Below, in pieces: positions 41,161-52,230 of a stretch of 64,000 nt of DNA. Below the pieces are notes generated by a model, which saw only the letters and a list, made by a program, of their open reading frames with translations, made no database searches and was not told the DNA's origin. The position numbers and the translations under genes are program-made. This DNA is from Methanomassiliicoccaceae archaeon (GTDB lineage Archaea; Thermoplasmatota; Thermoplasmata; Methanomassiliicoccales; Methanomassiliicoccaceae): NCBI GenBank assembly GCA_963728405.1, contig CAVSJV010000005.1, positions 1 through 64,000 of the forward strand, given 5' to 3'. Each line of letters begins with the position of its first letter. The stretch's first letter is position 1.

Positions 41161-41625
41161 TTACTTCCTCCCTACTTCGCAGTCCTTCCGCATCGGGAAG
41201 AAGGTGTAGTCCTCTGGAAGCAGTATTCTCTCAAGTCGGGGGTGGCCCCTGAAAATGATGCCGAACATGTCGTAGGCCTCCCTTTCATGCCAGTTGGCTC
41301 CTTCCCACAAGGGGGTCACCGAGTCTACCTCGGGGTTATCGTGGGGAAGGTCCACCACTATCTCGATGGTGATGTTGCTGGAATAGGAGCAGATATGATA
41401 AACGGTCTGGAAACGGTCGCACCGGTCCACACCGCTGACGCAGCTGCAGTGGTCGAAACCAAGCTCGTCCTTCAGCAACTTACAGAGCTTTAGCAGGATG
41501 TCGATATTCGCGCTCATGTACAGCCGGCGTGGTCTGACCTTATCCTCGAACTTGATCTCGGTGGGGAACGCCTCAGCGATCTTGCTCTTGACCTGGTCTA
41601 TTGTGTAGATAATGTTCTGTTCCAA
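41161..41625 (-). CDS. fpoC: Fpo-like complex subunit C
   Basis: ANWHEREAYDMFGIIFRGHPRLERILL...PMRKD. Confidence 0.92.
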   Translation of the reverse strand: MEQNIIYTIDQVKSKIAEAFPTEIKFEDKVRPRRLYMSANIDILLKLCKLLKDELGFDHCSCVSGVDRCDRFQTVYHICSYSSNITIEIVVDLPHDNPEVDSVTPLWEGANWHEREAYDMFGIIFRGHPRLERILLPEDYTFFPMRKDCEVGRK

Positions 41626-41634
41626 AGTCCCACC

Positions 41635-42197
41635 TCAGTCATCCATAAATGCGCCGATCTTCGATACCTTGATCTTTTGATGCAGCTTGAGGAACCCATC
41701 GATCATGGCTTCTGGCCGCGGAGGGCAACCAGGGATGTAGATATCGACAGGTATGAATGTGTCCACGCCCTGAACGACATTATATGAATCATACCAAGGT
41801 CCGCCGGAAATGGCGCACTCGCCCATGGCCACGACCCACTTCGGCTCTGGCATTTCTTCGTAAAGACGGCGCAAGGCCGGTCGGAGCTTATTGGTGACCC
41901 ATCCGTTGACAAGCAATACATCCGATTGACGGGGGAGGATCTGAACACCATGCCATACCTTTCGGTATCAAAGCGGGGACCGGAGGCTGCCGCCATCTCC
42001 AAAGCACAACAGGCGATGCCGAAGTGCAGAGGATATATTGCATTCCTTACGCCCCAGTTGAAGAATGGGTCGGTGACCTTGTCCAATGCCTTCTTGGCAC
42101 CGCTGGCCCTGGCGATATCATCCATGACATTAGTTGACCAGTCGATGAACTCCTTCGCACTCATCGCCATCGCGTGTGGATAAAGGCTCAGATCCAT
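41635..42197 (-). CDS. fpoB: Fpo-like complex subunit B (frameshift near 41930)
   Basis: [10 protein letters not shown], then [18 protein letters not shown] and [11 protein letters not shown]. Confidence 0.9.
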
Positions 42198-42547
42198 AGT
42201 CTCTCCTCCTTTTTAAGGGCATAGAAGACCCCGACCAATAGCAGTCCGAAGAACGCAAGCATGAGAATCTTCGCATCGTCGGAAAGGGTGGTGAAGTTCA
42301 AGGCCCAGATCATTAGAAAAACAGTAACGACATCAAACGCGACGAAAATAATTGCAAACATATAGAATTGGAAATGGAACTGGACTTGTGCTTCACCGAT
42401 GGGTACCTCACCGCACTCATAGGTTTCCCTCTTCAACGCGGTCACTCTAGTACGTCTAAAGAACCGTGACATATAGAATGCAAAAATGGGAACTCCTAGA
42501 GCAATCACTGCAAAGATTGCTATTGGCAAATAGGTGTCCAAGAGCAT
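42188..42547 (-). CDS. fpoA: Fpo-like complex subunit A
   Basis: TYECGE.P, FYMFAIIFVAFDV; first gene of the operon. Confidence 0.92.
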   Translation of the reverse strand: MLLDTYLPIAIFAVIALGVPIFAFYMSRFFRRTRVTALKRETYECGEVPIGEAQVQFHFQFYMFAIIFVAFDVVTVFLMIWALNFTTLSDDAKILMLAFFGLLLVGVFYALKKEERLWI

Positions 42548-42568
42548 TGTAGCGAGAATAGTAAGCCT

Positions 42569-42578
42569 CTATAAATAC
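42569..42578 (-). promoter_or_regulatory. Candidate TATA box of the fpo operon (leaderless mRNA)
   Basis: Minus strand gtatttatag lies about 22-30 nt upstream of the fpoA ATG; no SD sequence. Confidence 0.45.
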
Positions 42579-42773
42579 GTTATTACCCGTTAAGTCTACT
42601 GGCTGGTCTGGAAACGGCCGATTATCTTGTGAATTTTAAGATTTTATCATATGTATATTATCATAAAGCGGATTATTATAGCGGCCTAGCCGGCGCACCA
42701 TCATACATTCCAGAAACATAGAACATTTATACTGAGTTTTAACAACATCATTAAGCGACGGAGCGGGAGGACG

Positions 42774-43337
42774 ATGTTGAAGGTAGCGCTGTTCACCGAG
42801 GACATGTACGAAGACGTCGAGTTTTGGTATCCCTACTATCGGCTCAAGGAGGCAGGGTACCGGCCGGTGGTCATCGGTTCCGGTAAAAAAGATTCATTCA
42901 TTGGAAAGAACGGCATTCTTAACAAGGCTGATATCTCTATAAATGACGCCAAGGCGGAGGATTATGAAGGGGTCATCGTTCCGGGGGGCTATGCTCCAGA
43001 CCGCATGCGCCTCCACCCCGAGTTCGCCCAGTTCGTCAAGCTGATGTTCGATCGGGGGAAGTTGGTCGCTTCGCTATGCCACGGGCCCTGGGTCTTGGCC
43101 TCTGCAGGGATAGTCAATGGAAGGAAGCTCACCTGCTGGCCGTCGTTGAAGGATGACATGATGAACGCGGGGGCCCGGTACATGGATGATGAGGTGATCG
43201 TGGATGGCAACATAATCACCTCCCGTTGTCCAGACGACCTGCCCGCGTTCATGGCCGCGGTCGTCAGGTTCCTAGGCTCTGAGCAGGGCGGTCAGAGGAA
43301 GGGAACAATGACGGTCGCCTCGGCCGGCGGGCGTTGA
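42774..43337 (+). CDS. pfpI: PfpI/DJ-1 family protein
   Basis: YEDVEFWYP, VPGGYAPDRMR, LCHGPW, DGNIITSR.PDDLPAF. Confidence 0.88.
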   Translation: MLKVALFTEDMYEDVEFWYPYYRLKEAGYRPVVIGSGKKDSFIGKNGILNKADISINDAKAEDYEGVIVPGGYAPDRMRLHPEFAQFVKLMFDRGKLVASLCHGPWVLASAGIVNGRKLTCWPSLKDDMMNAGARYMDDEVIVDGNIITSRCPDDLPAFMAAVVRFLGSEQGGQRKGTMTVASAGGR

Positions 43338-43416
43338 AGGGTGACATATTTTATTAGCCCAGGGAACATTAGCCGCTTGTTAGCACGCCTCATTAACGGC
43401 GTATCATGGTGATAAG

Positions 43417-44226
43417 ATGAGCAAGAAGTTCGGGTTCATTGGTGCCGGCAACATGGCCGAGGCGATGATGAAAGGCATGATCTCTTCGGGCGTGTGCGCG
43501 GCCGAAGAGCTGATCGCCAGCGAGGTCGTCCCTGAGCGGAGGGAGTACATGGCCCGGACTTTGGGGATCATGGTCACGGCTGATAACGTCGAGGTGGTCA
43601 AGGAGGCCAAGATCCTTATACTGGCCGTCAAGCCGAACATCGTGGCCCCGGTCTTGGATGAGCTTAAGCCCATCCTTACCGCCGACCATCTGGTAATCTC
43701 CATCGCTGCCGGGGTCAAGATATCCTACATCGAGGCACATTTGAACTGGGGCGTCCGGGTGGTCCGGGTCATGCCCAATCAACCCTGTCTGGTGGGCGCG
43801 TCCGCTTCCGGCTTCGCCCTCGGCAAGTCGGCCAAGAGGGAGGACAAGGATCTGGTCCAGAAGATCTTGAACTCCGTGGGAGTGGCCTTCGTCATGGACG
43901 AGAAACTGCTCGACGCGGTCACCGGCCTTAGTGGTAGCGGGCCTGCTTACATCTACTTGGTGATCGAGGCGATGGCCGACGGCGGCGTACTGGCCGGTCT
44001 CTCTAGGGATGTGGCCCAGACCCTGGCCGCCCAGACCGTACTGGGAGCGGCGAAGACCGTCCTGGAGACCAAGGGGCATCCAGGCCAGTTCAAGGACATG
44101 GTGGCCTCCCCGGCTGGAACGACCATCGAGGGCCTGAAGGTCCTGGAGGAGTCCGCGGTCCGCGGGGCGTTCATTCGGGCGGTTGAGGCCGCCGCCAAGC
44201 GCTCGGTCGAGCTCGGTAAGAGCTAA
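43417..44226 (+). CDS. proC: Pyrroline-5-carboxylate reductase
   Basis: [37 protein letters not shown]. Confidence 0.95.
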   Translation: MSKKFGFIGAGNMAEAMMKGMISSGVCAAEELIASEVVPERREYMARTLGIMVTADNVEVVKEAKILILAVKPNIVAPVLDELKPILTADHLVISIAAGVKISYIEAHLNWGVRVVRVMPNQPCLVGASASGFALGKSAKREDKDLVQKILNSVGVAFVMDEKLLDAVTGLSGSGPAYIYLVIEAMADGGVLAGLSRDVAQTLAAQTVLGAAKTVLETKGHPGQFKDMVASPAGTTIEGLKVLEESAVRGAFIRAVEAAAKRSVELGKS

Positions 44227-45950
44227 CCGGACCGAGGCTTGCGCCGGAACATCAGGGCGAAGACCGTCCGGGGGAGGCTGCGGAATACGCTTGGCGTATC
44301 CCACTCCAACTCCCTCTTCTGACAGATAGTAGACTCCATAAGCTCGTCGCCTCTCTCCTTTAATCGGGCCATGAACACGGCCCGTTCGGATGGGTCCTTT
44401 ATAGCCATGGCCAGGTCCACTTCCTTCATCAGGAGGCGGGCGTCGTGGGAACGCTCATCCCGCGACTTCAGTTCCTCGGCGCTCATCAGTCCGACCTCGA
44501 CCCGGACCTGATTGAGGCGATCGGCCGCGTCGTAGGAAGTCTCCACGATCTGCTCCCTGGTCATGTACTTGGTCTCATAGGAGAGGACGTCTCTCCAGTT
44601 GGGGTTGGCCAGGAGGGAGCGGTGCTCTTCCAGCGTCCGGGCGAAGAGCCGATAGCCGTACTTATCGGGGTTCTCGAAGGCAATGCTGCCCGGATCAAGG
44701 AACGGTGCCAACGGCGAGGTGTACACGAACAGGCGCCGGTCGTTCCCGTTCTCGGCGTACAGCCGCCTGGTGTAATCGGCCGATCCCACCGCCGATGCCG
44801 GCGTCTGCTCCGGGAGGCCGATCATGAAGAACATGTCGAAGCGCTGACAGCCATTGGTCAGGGCGTCCTTTATGCTCCTCTCCATCGAGGCGTTGTCGAA
44901 CCGCCTGCCCAGAGCGTAACGGACCCTCTCCTCATGAGAATCGGGAGAGAACTGTATGGAGTACCGGTCGAACGTCCTCTGGGCATCCTGGAAGTAGGAT
45001 GCCGGGGCCGGGGTGAACAGCTCGAGGATGATATGGTTGTCAATGCCCAATCTCTTGGCCTCGGTGAAGAACCGCTGGGCGTACTTGTCCCCGTTCTGGC
45101 GGAGGTCGCCGACCACGAACACCGGGGCCTTAAGATAGTTCTGGACGTTGTAAATGTCCTCGGCCACCTTTTCCGGGCTGCGGAATGCCGGTCTCGTCCT
45201 GCCGAGCACTTTTCTCATCGCCCCGCAGCTTCCTCCGCACACCGCGCAGGATTGGGAGCAACCGCGAACGGTGAACGCCGCGGTGAGAGGGTAGCGGTCC
45301 CAGTCCTTGAACGGCTTCGCCCCTTCTAGGTCGCGGTGCCTGATGACCGAGCGTATGATCCACCCGTAATCTATATCCAGATAGTCTAGGTCCCCGGGGA
45401 CGTGGGTCAGGTCGTTGACGACGGCCTTGCCCCCCATCTTCCAGGTGAGGTTGGGAACGGACGAGAGGTCAGGCCCCCTCTCAAGGGCGGCCATCAATAA
45501 GGCCAACGGCTCCTCGGTGGAGTCCCCACGCAGCACCAGGTCCACCTGAGGATAGTTGATCAGCTCCTGATGATAGTAAGAAGAGGAGAATCCCCCGAAC
45601 AGGACCTTGGAATCTGGATGCAGGCGCTTCACGATCTCCGCGACGGCCAGGGAGCCATGGGCGTGGGGAAGCCAGTGCAGGTCGATGCCGAACACGGCCG
45701 ACCGAAGTTTGCCGATGAGCTTCTCTACGTCCAGGTCCGGATCGTTCAGCATCATGCTGGCCAGGTTGATGATGCGGACCCGGTACCCCTGTTTGTGGAG
45801 GTGGCTGGCCATGGTGGTGAAGCCGAACGGGTACATCTCGAAGACCGGGGTCGAGGGTACAAGGTCACTGACCGGTCCATAGAAGATAGACTCCTTTCTG
45901 AAATCGTAAACGCTGGGAGCATGTAAGAGGATGAGGTCTTCCTTGTGCAC
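44223..45950 (-). CDS. B12-binding domain radical SAM protein (Ta0216/TIGR04190-like)
   Basis: [11 protein letters not shown]...[29 protein letters not shown]. Confidence 0.8.
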   Translation of the reverse strand: MHKEDLILLHAPSVYDFRKESIFYGPVSDLVPSTPVFEMYPFGFTTMASHLHKQGYRVRIINLASMMLNDPDLDVEKLIGKLRSAVFGIDLHWLPHAHGSLAVAEIVKRLHPDSKVLFGGFSSSYYHQELINYPQVDLVLRGDSTEEPLALLMAALERGPDLSSVPNLTWKMGGKAVVNDLTHVPGDLDYLDIDYGWIIRSVIRHRDLEGAKPFKDWDRYPLTAAFTVRGCSQSCAVCGGSCGAMRKVLGRTRPAFRSPEKVAEDIYNVQNYLKAPVFVVGDLRQNGDKYAQRFFTEAKRLGIDNHIILELFTPAPASYFQDAQRTFDRYSIQFSPDSHEERVRYALGRRFDNASMERSIKDALTNGCQRFDMFFMIGLPEQTPASAVGSADYTRRLYAENGNDRRLFVYTSPLAPFLDPGSIAFENPDKYGYRLFARTLEEHRSLLANPNWRDVLSYETKYMTREQIVETSYDAADRLNQVRVEVGLMSAEELKSRDERSHDARLLMKEVDLAMAIKDPSERAVFMARLKERGDELMESTICQKRELEWDTPSVFRSLPRTVFALMFRRKPRSG

Positions 45951-46003
45951 GGCGCGGCCTCCGGGGGCTGTATCGGCAAAGGGAGGTCTCTACAAATATG
46001 TTG

Positions 46004-46822
46004 TCATTTGCCGAACCGCCTCTGGCGTAGCTGGTAGGAACGGATCGCCCGTAGAAAATCGATCTTCCTGAAGCCCGGCCAGTAAACGTCGGTGAAATAT
46101 AGCTCCGAATAGGCCAGTTGCCACAAAAGGAAGTTGGATATACGCTCCTCACCGGACAGTCCTCAGGATGAGGTCGGGGTCCGGGAAGTCCGCGGTGTAC
46201 AGGAAGTTGGAAAAGGTCTTCTCGGTGATATCATCGACCTCCAGCTCTCCTTCTTTGACCTTCTGGGCGATCTGCTGGATGGCCTGTATGATCTCCTGAC
46301 GGGAGCCGTAGGCGGTGGCGATATTGTAATAATGATTCGAATAACCGGCCGTCCTGGTCTCGGCGTACTCTATCGCTTTCTTGACACGCAGGGGAAGCAG
46401 GTCCTTCTGCCCCAGGACCGTCACCTTGATATTGTGCTTGTGGATGCGCTCGTCGTCTCCCAGGCGATAGAAGTTTTCCTCGAACAGCTTCATCAGGCTC
46501 TCAACTTCCTCGAGCTCGCGGTGCAGGTTCTCGGTCGAGAACGCGTAGACGGTGAGGACCTTGATCCCCAGTTCCATGCACCAGTCCAGAAGCTCCTCGA
46601 GCTTATCCTTGCCCTTGATGTGCCCTTCAGTGGTGGTCAGGCCGAACTCCTTGGCAAAGCGGCGATTACCATCCATGATGACCGCCACATGGTGGGGATC
46701 TTGCAATCCCGGACCTCCTTCATCAGGCGCTTCTCGTAGGTATTATAGGCAGCGCTGGCGATGACCCTGGAGATCTCGTTTTTGATGGCCTTGCCCTCCT
46801 GCTGACCATTATGGTCTGACAT
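46004..46822 (-). CDS. uppS: cis-polyprenyl (undecaprenyl-type) diphosphate synthase; frameshifts near 46695 and 46155
   Basis: [29 protein letters not shown], then [20 protein letters not shown]...RRFGK*. Confidence 0.9.
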
Positions 46823-46839
46823 ATCCTGTTCCGCACTAT

Positions 46840-47790
46840 TTAGTCTGTGTCCTCGGGCAGGGCGGCGGCCTTCCAGCCCATGTCGAAGCACCCGATTCCA
46901 GCCACTGCGCCGATGATGCCACGCTTTCCGGTGACCTCTATTATCTTGACATTGTTCTTATCGGCCACCTGTCGAGCGTCCTCGACCCTGAGGATCTCCC
47001 GTTTGGCCCGGTGGCCGTACTCCACAACCTCGGTCGGGACCTTCAATCCCTGGAATATGGCCAGGGTGGTATTATCAGAGAAGGTGTTCTCCTTAATGAA
47101 CTTGATAACGTACTCGGTCAGCGCGGATATGTCCTTCTCCGCAACGGCGAACGATACGCCCACCGACACACAGTTGGTGGTCTTCTCCGGCACGTTGGGA
47201 TTCAATTGAACGATCTTGTGCTCCAGGTAGTGGCCGATGGGAGACTCTCGGGCCATCCGGAGCATCAGCACCCACGAGGCACCCTTTTCCTTGGTGTCTG
47301 TGTCGTCGGCCGCATAGATCACCCGGACCAGCTTGGGTGTCACTATGCTTACTTCTACTCGATGGGCTCCCCCGATCTTCACATCGTCCGGATAGATCGC
47401 CTCGATGGTCCCAGGCCCTTGGGGCAAGCAGGCCCCTATGCCAACGCTGGCCCCGGCCAGCCCGACCCAGGTCGTGATGACCGTGTCCCCGTCGACCCGG
47501 AGGGCCTTTAGTCCCTGTCCGCCCACGTCCTTGGATGCCGGGCCGAAGCGAACCTCCCTCTCCCCGATGATGGTATCCATGATCAGAGTGGTGCCTTCGA
47601 TCCTGATATCGGTAATGGCTCCGCCGGCCCGCCTGCGATTGGCCGCGTCCCATTCCACCGGACCCTTGGCGATGCATTCCTCGATTATGGTGGCCACGCC
47701 ATTCTTCTCGTCCACCATCGTGTAGACGCCTTTGCAGAACAGCTTGCCATATTTCTTGGTGACCTCATCGGGGGACAGGATTACGGACAT
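46840..47790 (-). CDS. mmp11: Methanogenesis marker protein 11
   Basis: EWDAANRRRAGG, GLAGASVG, DDTDTKEKGASW, IVQLNPNVPEKTTNCVS, GIIGAVAGIG (TiaS-like C-terminal half). Confidence 0.72.
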   Translation of the reverse strand: MSVILSPDEVTKKYGKLFCKGVYTMVDEKNGVATIIEECIAKGPVEWDAANRRRAGGAITDIRIEGTTLIMDTIIGEREVRFGPASKDVGGQGLKALRVDGDTVITTWVGLAGASVGIGACLPQGPGTIEAIYPDDVKIGGAHRVEVSIVTPKLVRVIYAADDTDTKEKGASWVLMLRMARESPIGHYLEHKIVQLNPNVPEKTTNCVSVGVSFAVAEKDISALTEYVIKFIKENTFSDNTTLAIFQGLKVPTEVVEYGHRAKREILRVEDARQVADKNNVKIIEVTGKRGIIGAVAGIGCFDMGWKAAALPEDTD

Positions 47791-47881
47791 AGGACCATGT
47801 TCCAGAAGGCTGAACGGCCGTTAATGCGGGTGCCAATAAATATGACTTTCTGCCCGTTCGCATGGCAAAATAATGCTCCCA

Positions 47882-49084
47882 TCAGGCATCCCTGTGAAGA
47901 TAGCTGAACGGTATGTCCACCTCCCTCCTGCTGCCCAAAGCGTATCGGAAGCTCCAGACACGGCCAGTGGGTCGTCCTCCCACGATCCGGGGAGTGGAGA
48001 CGACCTCCAGGACCCGACCGTCCTTGAACTCCAACACATCAAAGCTCCTCTCTAGAGGGTTCTCTTTGATCTCTCTGATGGCCAGGGTGATGGCATGCCA
48101 GTTGCTGGCATGGGTGGAGATGAACGACACCACCGGTTCCTTGGTCTGGACCGAGATCAAGGAGGGAGGTATGCCTAACATCCGGACAAAATTATCATTG
48201 AACAGCTCGATGTGGCCGTTATCATCGATGACCACCACGCCCTCCTCGATCGATTCCAAGGCCGTCCGGATTAGGGCATACGAGCGCTCCAGATCATTCT
48301 CCGCCCTTACTCGGGAGGTGATGTCGTTGCCGATGCACAGCAGCTCGTCCACGTTGCCCCGCGAATCAACGATGGCCCGTACGGTCCAGGAGATCCATGC
48401 TTCCTCCCCGCCAATCTTCACGCCCCTATGAATGGCCGAGAAGCATTGGGCCGGGTCCGCCTTGACCTTGATGATGAAACGGGCCAGGCTGTCTTCGTCA
48501 CTGTCATCTTCGAAGAACCTTTTCGCCACGCTCGCCCCCATCACCTCATTCTGGGTAAGTCCGAAGAACGACAGCCCGTAGCCGTTGATGAATCGAACCA
48601 TTCCCTCTACGTCCATCTTCATGACGATGCTGCTGGCCGACTCCACCAGCTGACGGTACTTGTTCTCGCTCTCCCGCAGCGCCCTTTGGGCCCTCACCTT
48701 CTCGCCCAGTTGGAAAAGCACATTACGGAGCTCACCGAACTGTACTCTTGGATCGCCACCCTTTTGGAGATAGAAGTCGGCGCCATTGTTCAGCGCCTGG
48801 ATGGCCACATCCTCGCGACCTTTTCCGGTGAAAAGGATGAACGGAACCTGGTCGCCTCCGAGCCTTATCTTCCTGAGGAGCTCGATGCCATTCATCATTG
48901 GCATCTGGTAGTCAGAGATGATGATATCAAAGTGGCTGGTAGAAATGCGTTCCAGGGCTCGAGCGGTATCCGGTTCGGTCTCGACTGAAATCGAGCCATC
49001 CATCTCCAGGAACACCTTGGTAACTTCCAGTAGGCCGATCTCATCATCGATGTATAGAACCCTCAGGGGGGAAGGCGATTCCAT
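47882..49084 (-). CDS. Response regulator receiver plus two PAS domains
   Basis: VLYIDDE, IISDYQMP.MNGIELL, FTGKGRE, GADFYLQKGGDP, two PAS repeats; no output domain. Confidence 0.85.
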   Translation of the reverse strand: MESPSPLRVLYIDDEIGLLEVTKVFLEMDGSISVETEPDTARALERISTSHFDIIISDYQMPMMNGIELLRKIRLGGDQVPFILFTGKGREDVAIQALNNGADFYLQKGGDPRVQFGELRNVLFQLGEKVRAQRALRESENKYRQLVESASSIVMKMDVEGMVRFINGYGLSFFGLTQNEVMGASVAKRFFEDDSDEDSLARFIIKVKADPAQCFSAIHRGVKIGGEEAWISWTVRAIVDSRGNVDELLCIGNDITSRVRAENDLERSYALIRTALESIEEGVVVIDDNGHIELFNDNFVRMLGIPPSLISVQTKEPVVSFISTHASNWHAITLAIREIKENPLERSFDVLEFKDGRVLEVVSTPRIVGGRPTGRVWSFRYALGSRREVDIPFSYLHRDA

Positions 49085-49171
49085 GAACGACCACCGCTGC
49101 TGGATAAAAGGATTGGCGGGGGGAGATGCTGACGAGTAATAAATATTGAGGCAAGGCTTTCGAAAACGACG

Positions 49172-50032
49172 TCACTCTAGCACCCTGACGCTCCTGGCCG
49201 GGAGGTCGCTCAGATCCAGCAGACGGGTCTCAAGCCTCTTCTCCGGCCGGAACATCATGAACCGCCCCTTGACTCCCAGTACCTCCCCGCGATGCAATCC
49301 GCCAGTCCTGACGACCTCTGGAGCAGTGCGTGGGAACTCGCGCATGGGGTAGGAATCAAGGAACATCAGCTCCGCGTCGAGGGTCTCCCGCCATCGGGCG
49401 ATGCGGCCCAGGTAATGATCATGGACGTTCCCCATTGACTCCCTGGAAGGCCGCGAGGTCCAGGTCTGGGCGATCTTCTTGATCCTGATCTCCTGAGGTA
49501 TCTTGAACCGCTTGGAGGTCTCCTTCTCCAGGGTCCGGGCCTCCCGCCGGTCCCGGCACTCGAACAGCGGCCGGACCGCATCGGCGCCCTGTTCGATGGC
49601 CCTCTCCCTCAAGCGAATAGCGCTGGTCATTCCTACCTTGATCAGGTTCCCGAAGGATGCCAGATACACATAGTGCTTCCGACCGCAGAACTCTGGATGG
49701 TCGCAGCGGTCCCCGTTGCACTGGGGCTCGAACACGCACTTTTGCACCGGGACCCACGGGGACATGCACTCCTTGCACATGGAAAAATCCTTGACCCGGC
49801 GCCCCTGGGGGCAGGGGTGATAGCCGCCTTCGTCGAACCGCCCCACGCAGTCCTTCTCTTCCCCGATGGCCAGGGCCAACCGGTCCAGCGGTAGCTCACC
49901 TAATCTGCTGGTGGGCTTGTCATAGAAAACCAGGTGGGGGGTGAAATCATCCCAGTGAAAGGAAAGGACCTGGCGGTCCAGTCCCACGCCGTCGGGGTGG
50001 TGTAGATGGTCGGCCCGCTCGAGCATGCCCAT
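49172..50032 (-). CDS. DUF2797-like Cys-rich protein
   Basis: Cys-rich N-terminus, HYVYLASF...KVG.T...R..EQGAD, GVKG. Confidence 0.7.
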   Translation of the reverse strand: MGMLERADHLHHPDGVGLDRQVLSFHWDDFTPHLVFYDKPTSRLGELPLDRLALAIGEEKDCVGRFDEGGYHPCPQGRRVKDFSMCKECMSPWVPVQKCVFEPQCNGDRCDHPEFCGRKHYVYLASFGNLIKVGMTSAIRLRERAIEQGADAVRPLFECRDRREARTLEKETSKRFKIPQEIRIKKIAQTWTSRPSRESMGNVHDHYLGRIARWRETLDAELMFLDSYPMREFPRTAPEVVRTGGLHRGEVLGVKGRFMMFRPEKRLETRLLDLSDLPARSVRVLE

Positions 50033-50083
50033 ATGACCGTATCGGCCGTTATCAGCTTATGGGTGGGGTGGCCTTCAGCCCGA

Positions 50084-50749
50084 TCAGTCCGAGGATTCTT
50101 CATCCTCGACCTCTTGCTGCTCGGCCCGCTTGAGAAACTCGGGAGGTACTTCCTTGGCCAGGTAGACCGTCCGAGCTGCCTTCATGACCACGAAGCCTGC
50201 CTGCTCCAGCGCCCTGATGTCGATCTCCAGGATAACCGGCGCCTCGGTCCGGACCTTGCCGGCGTTGAAGGCGTTGGAATAGGTCTTGGAGAGATGGACC
50301 AACTTGCGGTCGGAGGGCTTCAAGCCGGTCTCCAGGATGATGTCCGTCTCCTCTGGGGTGGTTGGATAATAAAGGAAATCGGGGACATTGTCGGTCGGCA
50401 ACCTGAGGTCCAGCTCCAGGGAGTGACCGTAGGTGGCGCGTATGAGATCGTTGCTGACCTGATATCGCCCTTTGGGATCGGTCTCCATCAGCGCGATGAT
50501 GTGATGCGGCCTCAGCCAGTGATACCGCGGATTATATTTCTTGATGGCGAATATGAAGTCCCTCATGGGCACGAAGCCCTGTTCGTCCATCTTAAGACCG
50601 AACTTCTCAGGGAAATGACGGAGGGCTCCGGCCATGGTCCTTCCGATGCGTTCCAGCTCCTCATCGCTCATAAGGAACTTGCCCGCTTCTCCGCATACCG
50701 GGCATTTCTCACCCCGGAAGTATCCGTGTTCAGTGCACTCTCTCAGCAT
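50084..50749 (-). CDS. kptA: RNA 2'-phosphotransferase
   Basis: ALRHFP, KGRYQ...IRATYGHS, GLKPSDRKLVHLS. Confidence 0.92.
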   Translation of the reverse strand: MLRECTEHGYFRGEKCPVCGEAGKFLMSDEELERIGRTMAGALRHFPEKFGLKMDEQGFVPMRDFIFAIKKYNPRYHWLRPHHIIALMETDPKGRYQVSNDLIRATYGHSLELDLRLPTDNVPDFLYYPTTPEETDIILETGLKPSDRKLVHLSKTYSNAFNAGKVRTEAPVILEIDIRALEQAGFVVMKAARTVYLAKEVPPEFLKRAEQQEVEDEESSD

Positions 50750-50828
50750 CTAGATAGGGTATGAATGCAAATTCTTAATAGTTTTCCATTGAGCGGTCAT
50801 CGGAATGCGGCATCGCAGCATGGCAGGA

Positions 50829-51719
50829 TCAGTATGCTAGGCCGTTGGCCTGGCAGGCCGAAATGACCGTGTTCTTCATGAGCATCACGATGGTCATGGG
50901 ACCGACTCCACCAGGGACGGGGGTGATGGCCGAGGCTTTTTCCTTGACCGCCTCGAAGTCCACGTCCCCTACCCAGCGGTAGCCCTTCTTGGCGGCAGGA
51001 TCGTCCACCCGGTTGGTTCCCACGTCGATCACTACTGCTCCGGGCTTGATCATGTCCGCGGTGATGAACTTCGGAGAACCTATGGCCGCGACCACAATAT
51101 CGGCCATCCGAGTGATGGCCGCCAGGTCCTTGGTCCGCGAATGGCAGACCGTGACCGTGGCGTTGGCGCCCTTCTTCTTCTGCATGAGGATGGCCGCCAC
51201 CGGCTTGCCGACGATGTTGCTGCGGCCGACGATGACGACGTGCTTTCCGTCCGGGTCGTTACCCGAGCGGACCAGCATCTCCTGTATGCCATGGGGGGTC
51301 GCTGGAAGGAACATGGGGTCGCCGATGAGCATCCGCCCCACGTTCATGGGGTGGAAGCCGTCAGCGTCCTTGGCCGGGTCGATGCGCACCAGCACCTTGT
51401 TCTCGTCGATGTGCTTGGGGAGCGGCAGCTGAACAAGGAAGCCGTGGATGCGGGGATCGGCGTTCAGCTCATCGACCACCGATAACAACCTCTCCTCCGT
51501 GGTGTCGATCGGCAACAGGATGGTCCTCGAGTAAAGGCCCAGCTCCTCGCAGGCCTTGCCTTTGTTGCGCACGTACTGCTGGGATGCTGGATCCTCGCCC
51601 ACCAGCACCACTGCCAGACCGGGAGTGATGCCCTTGCTCTTAAGCTCGGCGATCTTGACCCTGAGCTCTTGTCTTATCTGTTCGGCGACCTCGGGACCGC
51701 TGATGACCTTGGCGACCAT
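50829..51719 (-). CDS. folD: Bifunctional methylene-H4F dehydrogenase/methenyl-H4F cyclohydrolase
   Basis: VGEDPASQQYVRNK, VQLPLP, KDADGFHP, GRSNIVGKP, TPVPGGVGPMT. Confidence 0.95.
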   Translation of the reverse strand: MVAKVISGPEVAEQIRQELRVKIAELKSKGITPGLAVVLVGEDPASQQYVRNKGKACEELGLYSRTILLPIDTTEERLLSVVDELNADPRIHGFLVQLPLPKHIDENKVLVRIDPAKDADGFHPMNVGRMLIGDPMFLPATPHGIQEMLVRSGNDPDGKHVVIVGRSNIVGKPVAAILMQKKKGANATVTVCHSRTKDLAAITRMADIVVAAIGSPKFITADMIKPGAVVIDVGTNRVDDPAAKKGYRWVGDVDFEAVKEKASAITPVPGGVGPMTIVMLMKNTVISACQANGLAY

Positions 51720-51892
51720 GTTCAGAACCGTCCGGGAGTAGTGGTGAAAAGGGATTTAACATTGCCCTCGGCATCTTTTTATCACTCGTTACATGGATTC
51801 TGTTCTCGGGGAATTTGGAATGGCCAATTATCGTCATTGCGGATAGGTCATCGAGGCGAACGCGAACTTCTGCCCATTCCCCCTTCGGCCAT

Positions 51893-52230
51893 CATGTATG
51901 TCATGGTCGTGGGATTCGATTCGGGGCAGACCTCTTCCGCCGGCCTGAGCGCCGAGGAGACCCCCGGAGATGTGCGGACCATAACGGTGTAGGGGGTGAG
52001 CAACGAGGCAGGGCTTACCAATGTCTGGATCGAGCTTCAATCGCCCGGGAAGGGAGTGGCATGAAAGCGGGGTCGGCCTATCGTCGACGACCGATAGCTC
52101 CCAGGCAGGCTCCGCTCACTGCTGGATCACCTACCACGACCGGGACGGTGTGGGATGCTCATTACGGACGATTGGATGGCCGTGGCCTCAGTGAGCGGAC
52201 CTCTGGGCGATGGCCCTTGCCCCATAGGAT
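51893..52230 (+). pseudogene. Degenerate archaeal type IV pilin-like gene remnant
   Basis: AIMYVMVVGF resembles the end of a pilin N-terminal helix. Then ITV*GVSNEAGLTNV and a later WITYHDRDG..DW fragment; stops and frameshifts present. Confidence 0.35.

Noticed and set aside
40074-42197. Group 4 [NiFe] hydrogenase instead of Fpo
   Set aside because: Subunit D lacks the N- and C-terminal CxxC Ni ligands, and the gene order is complex I-like.
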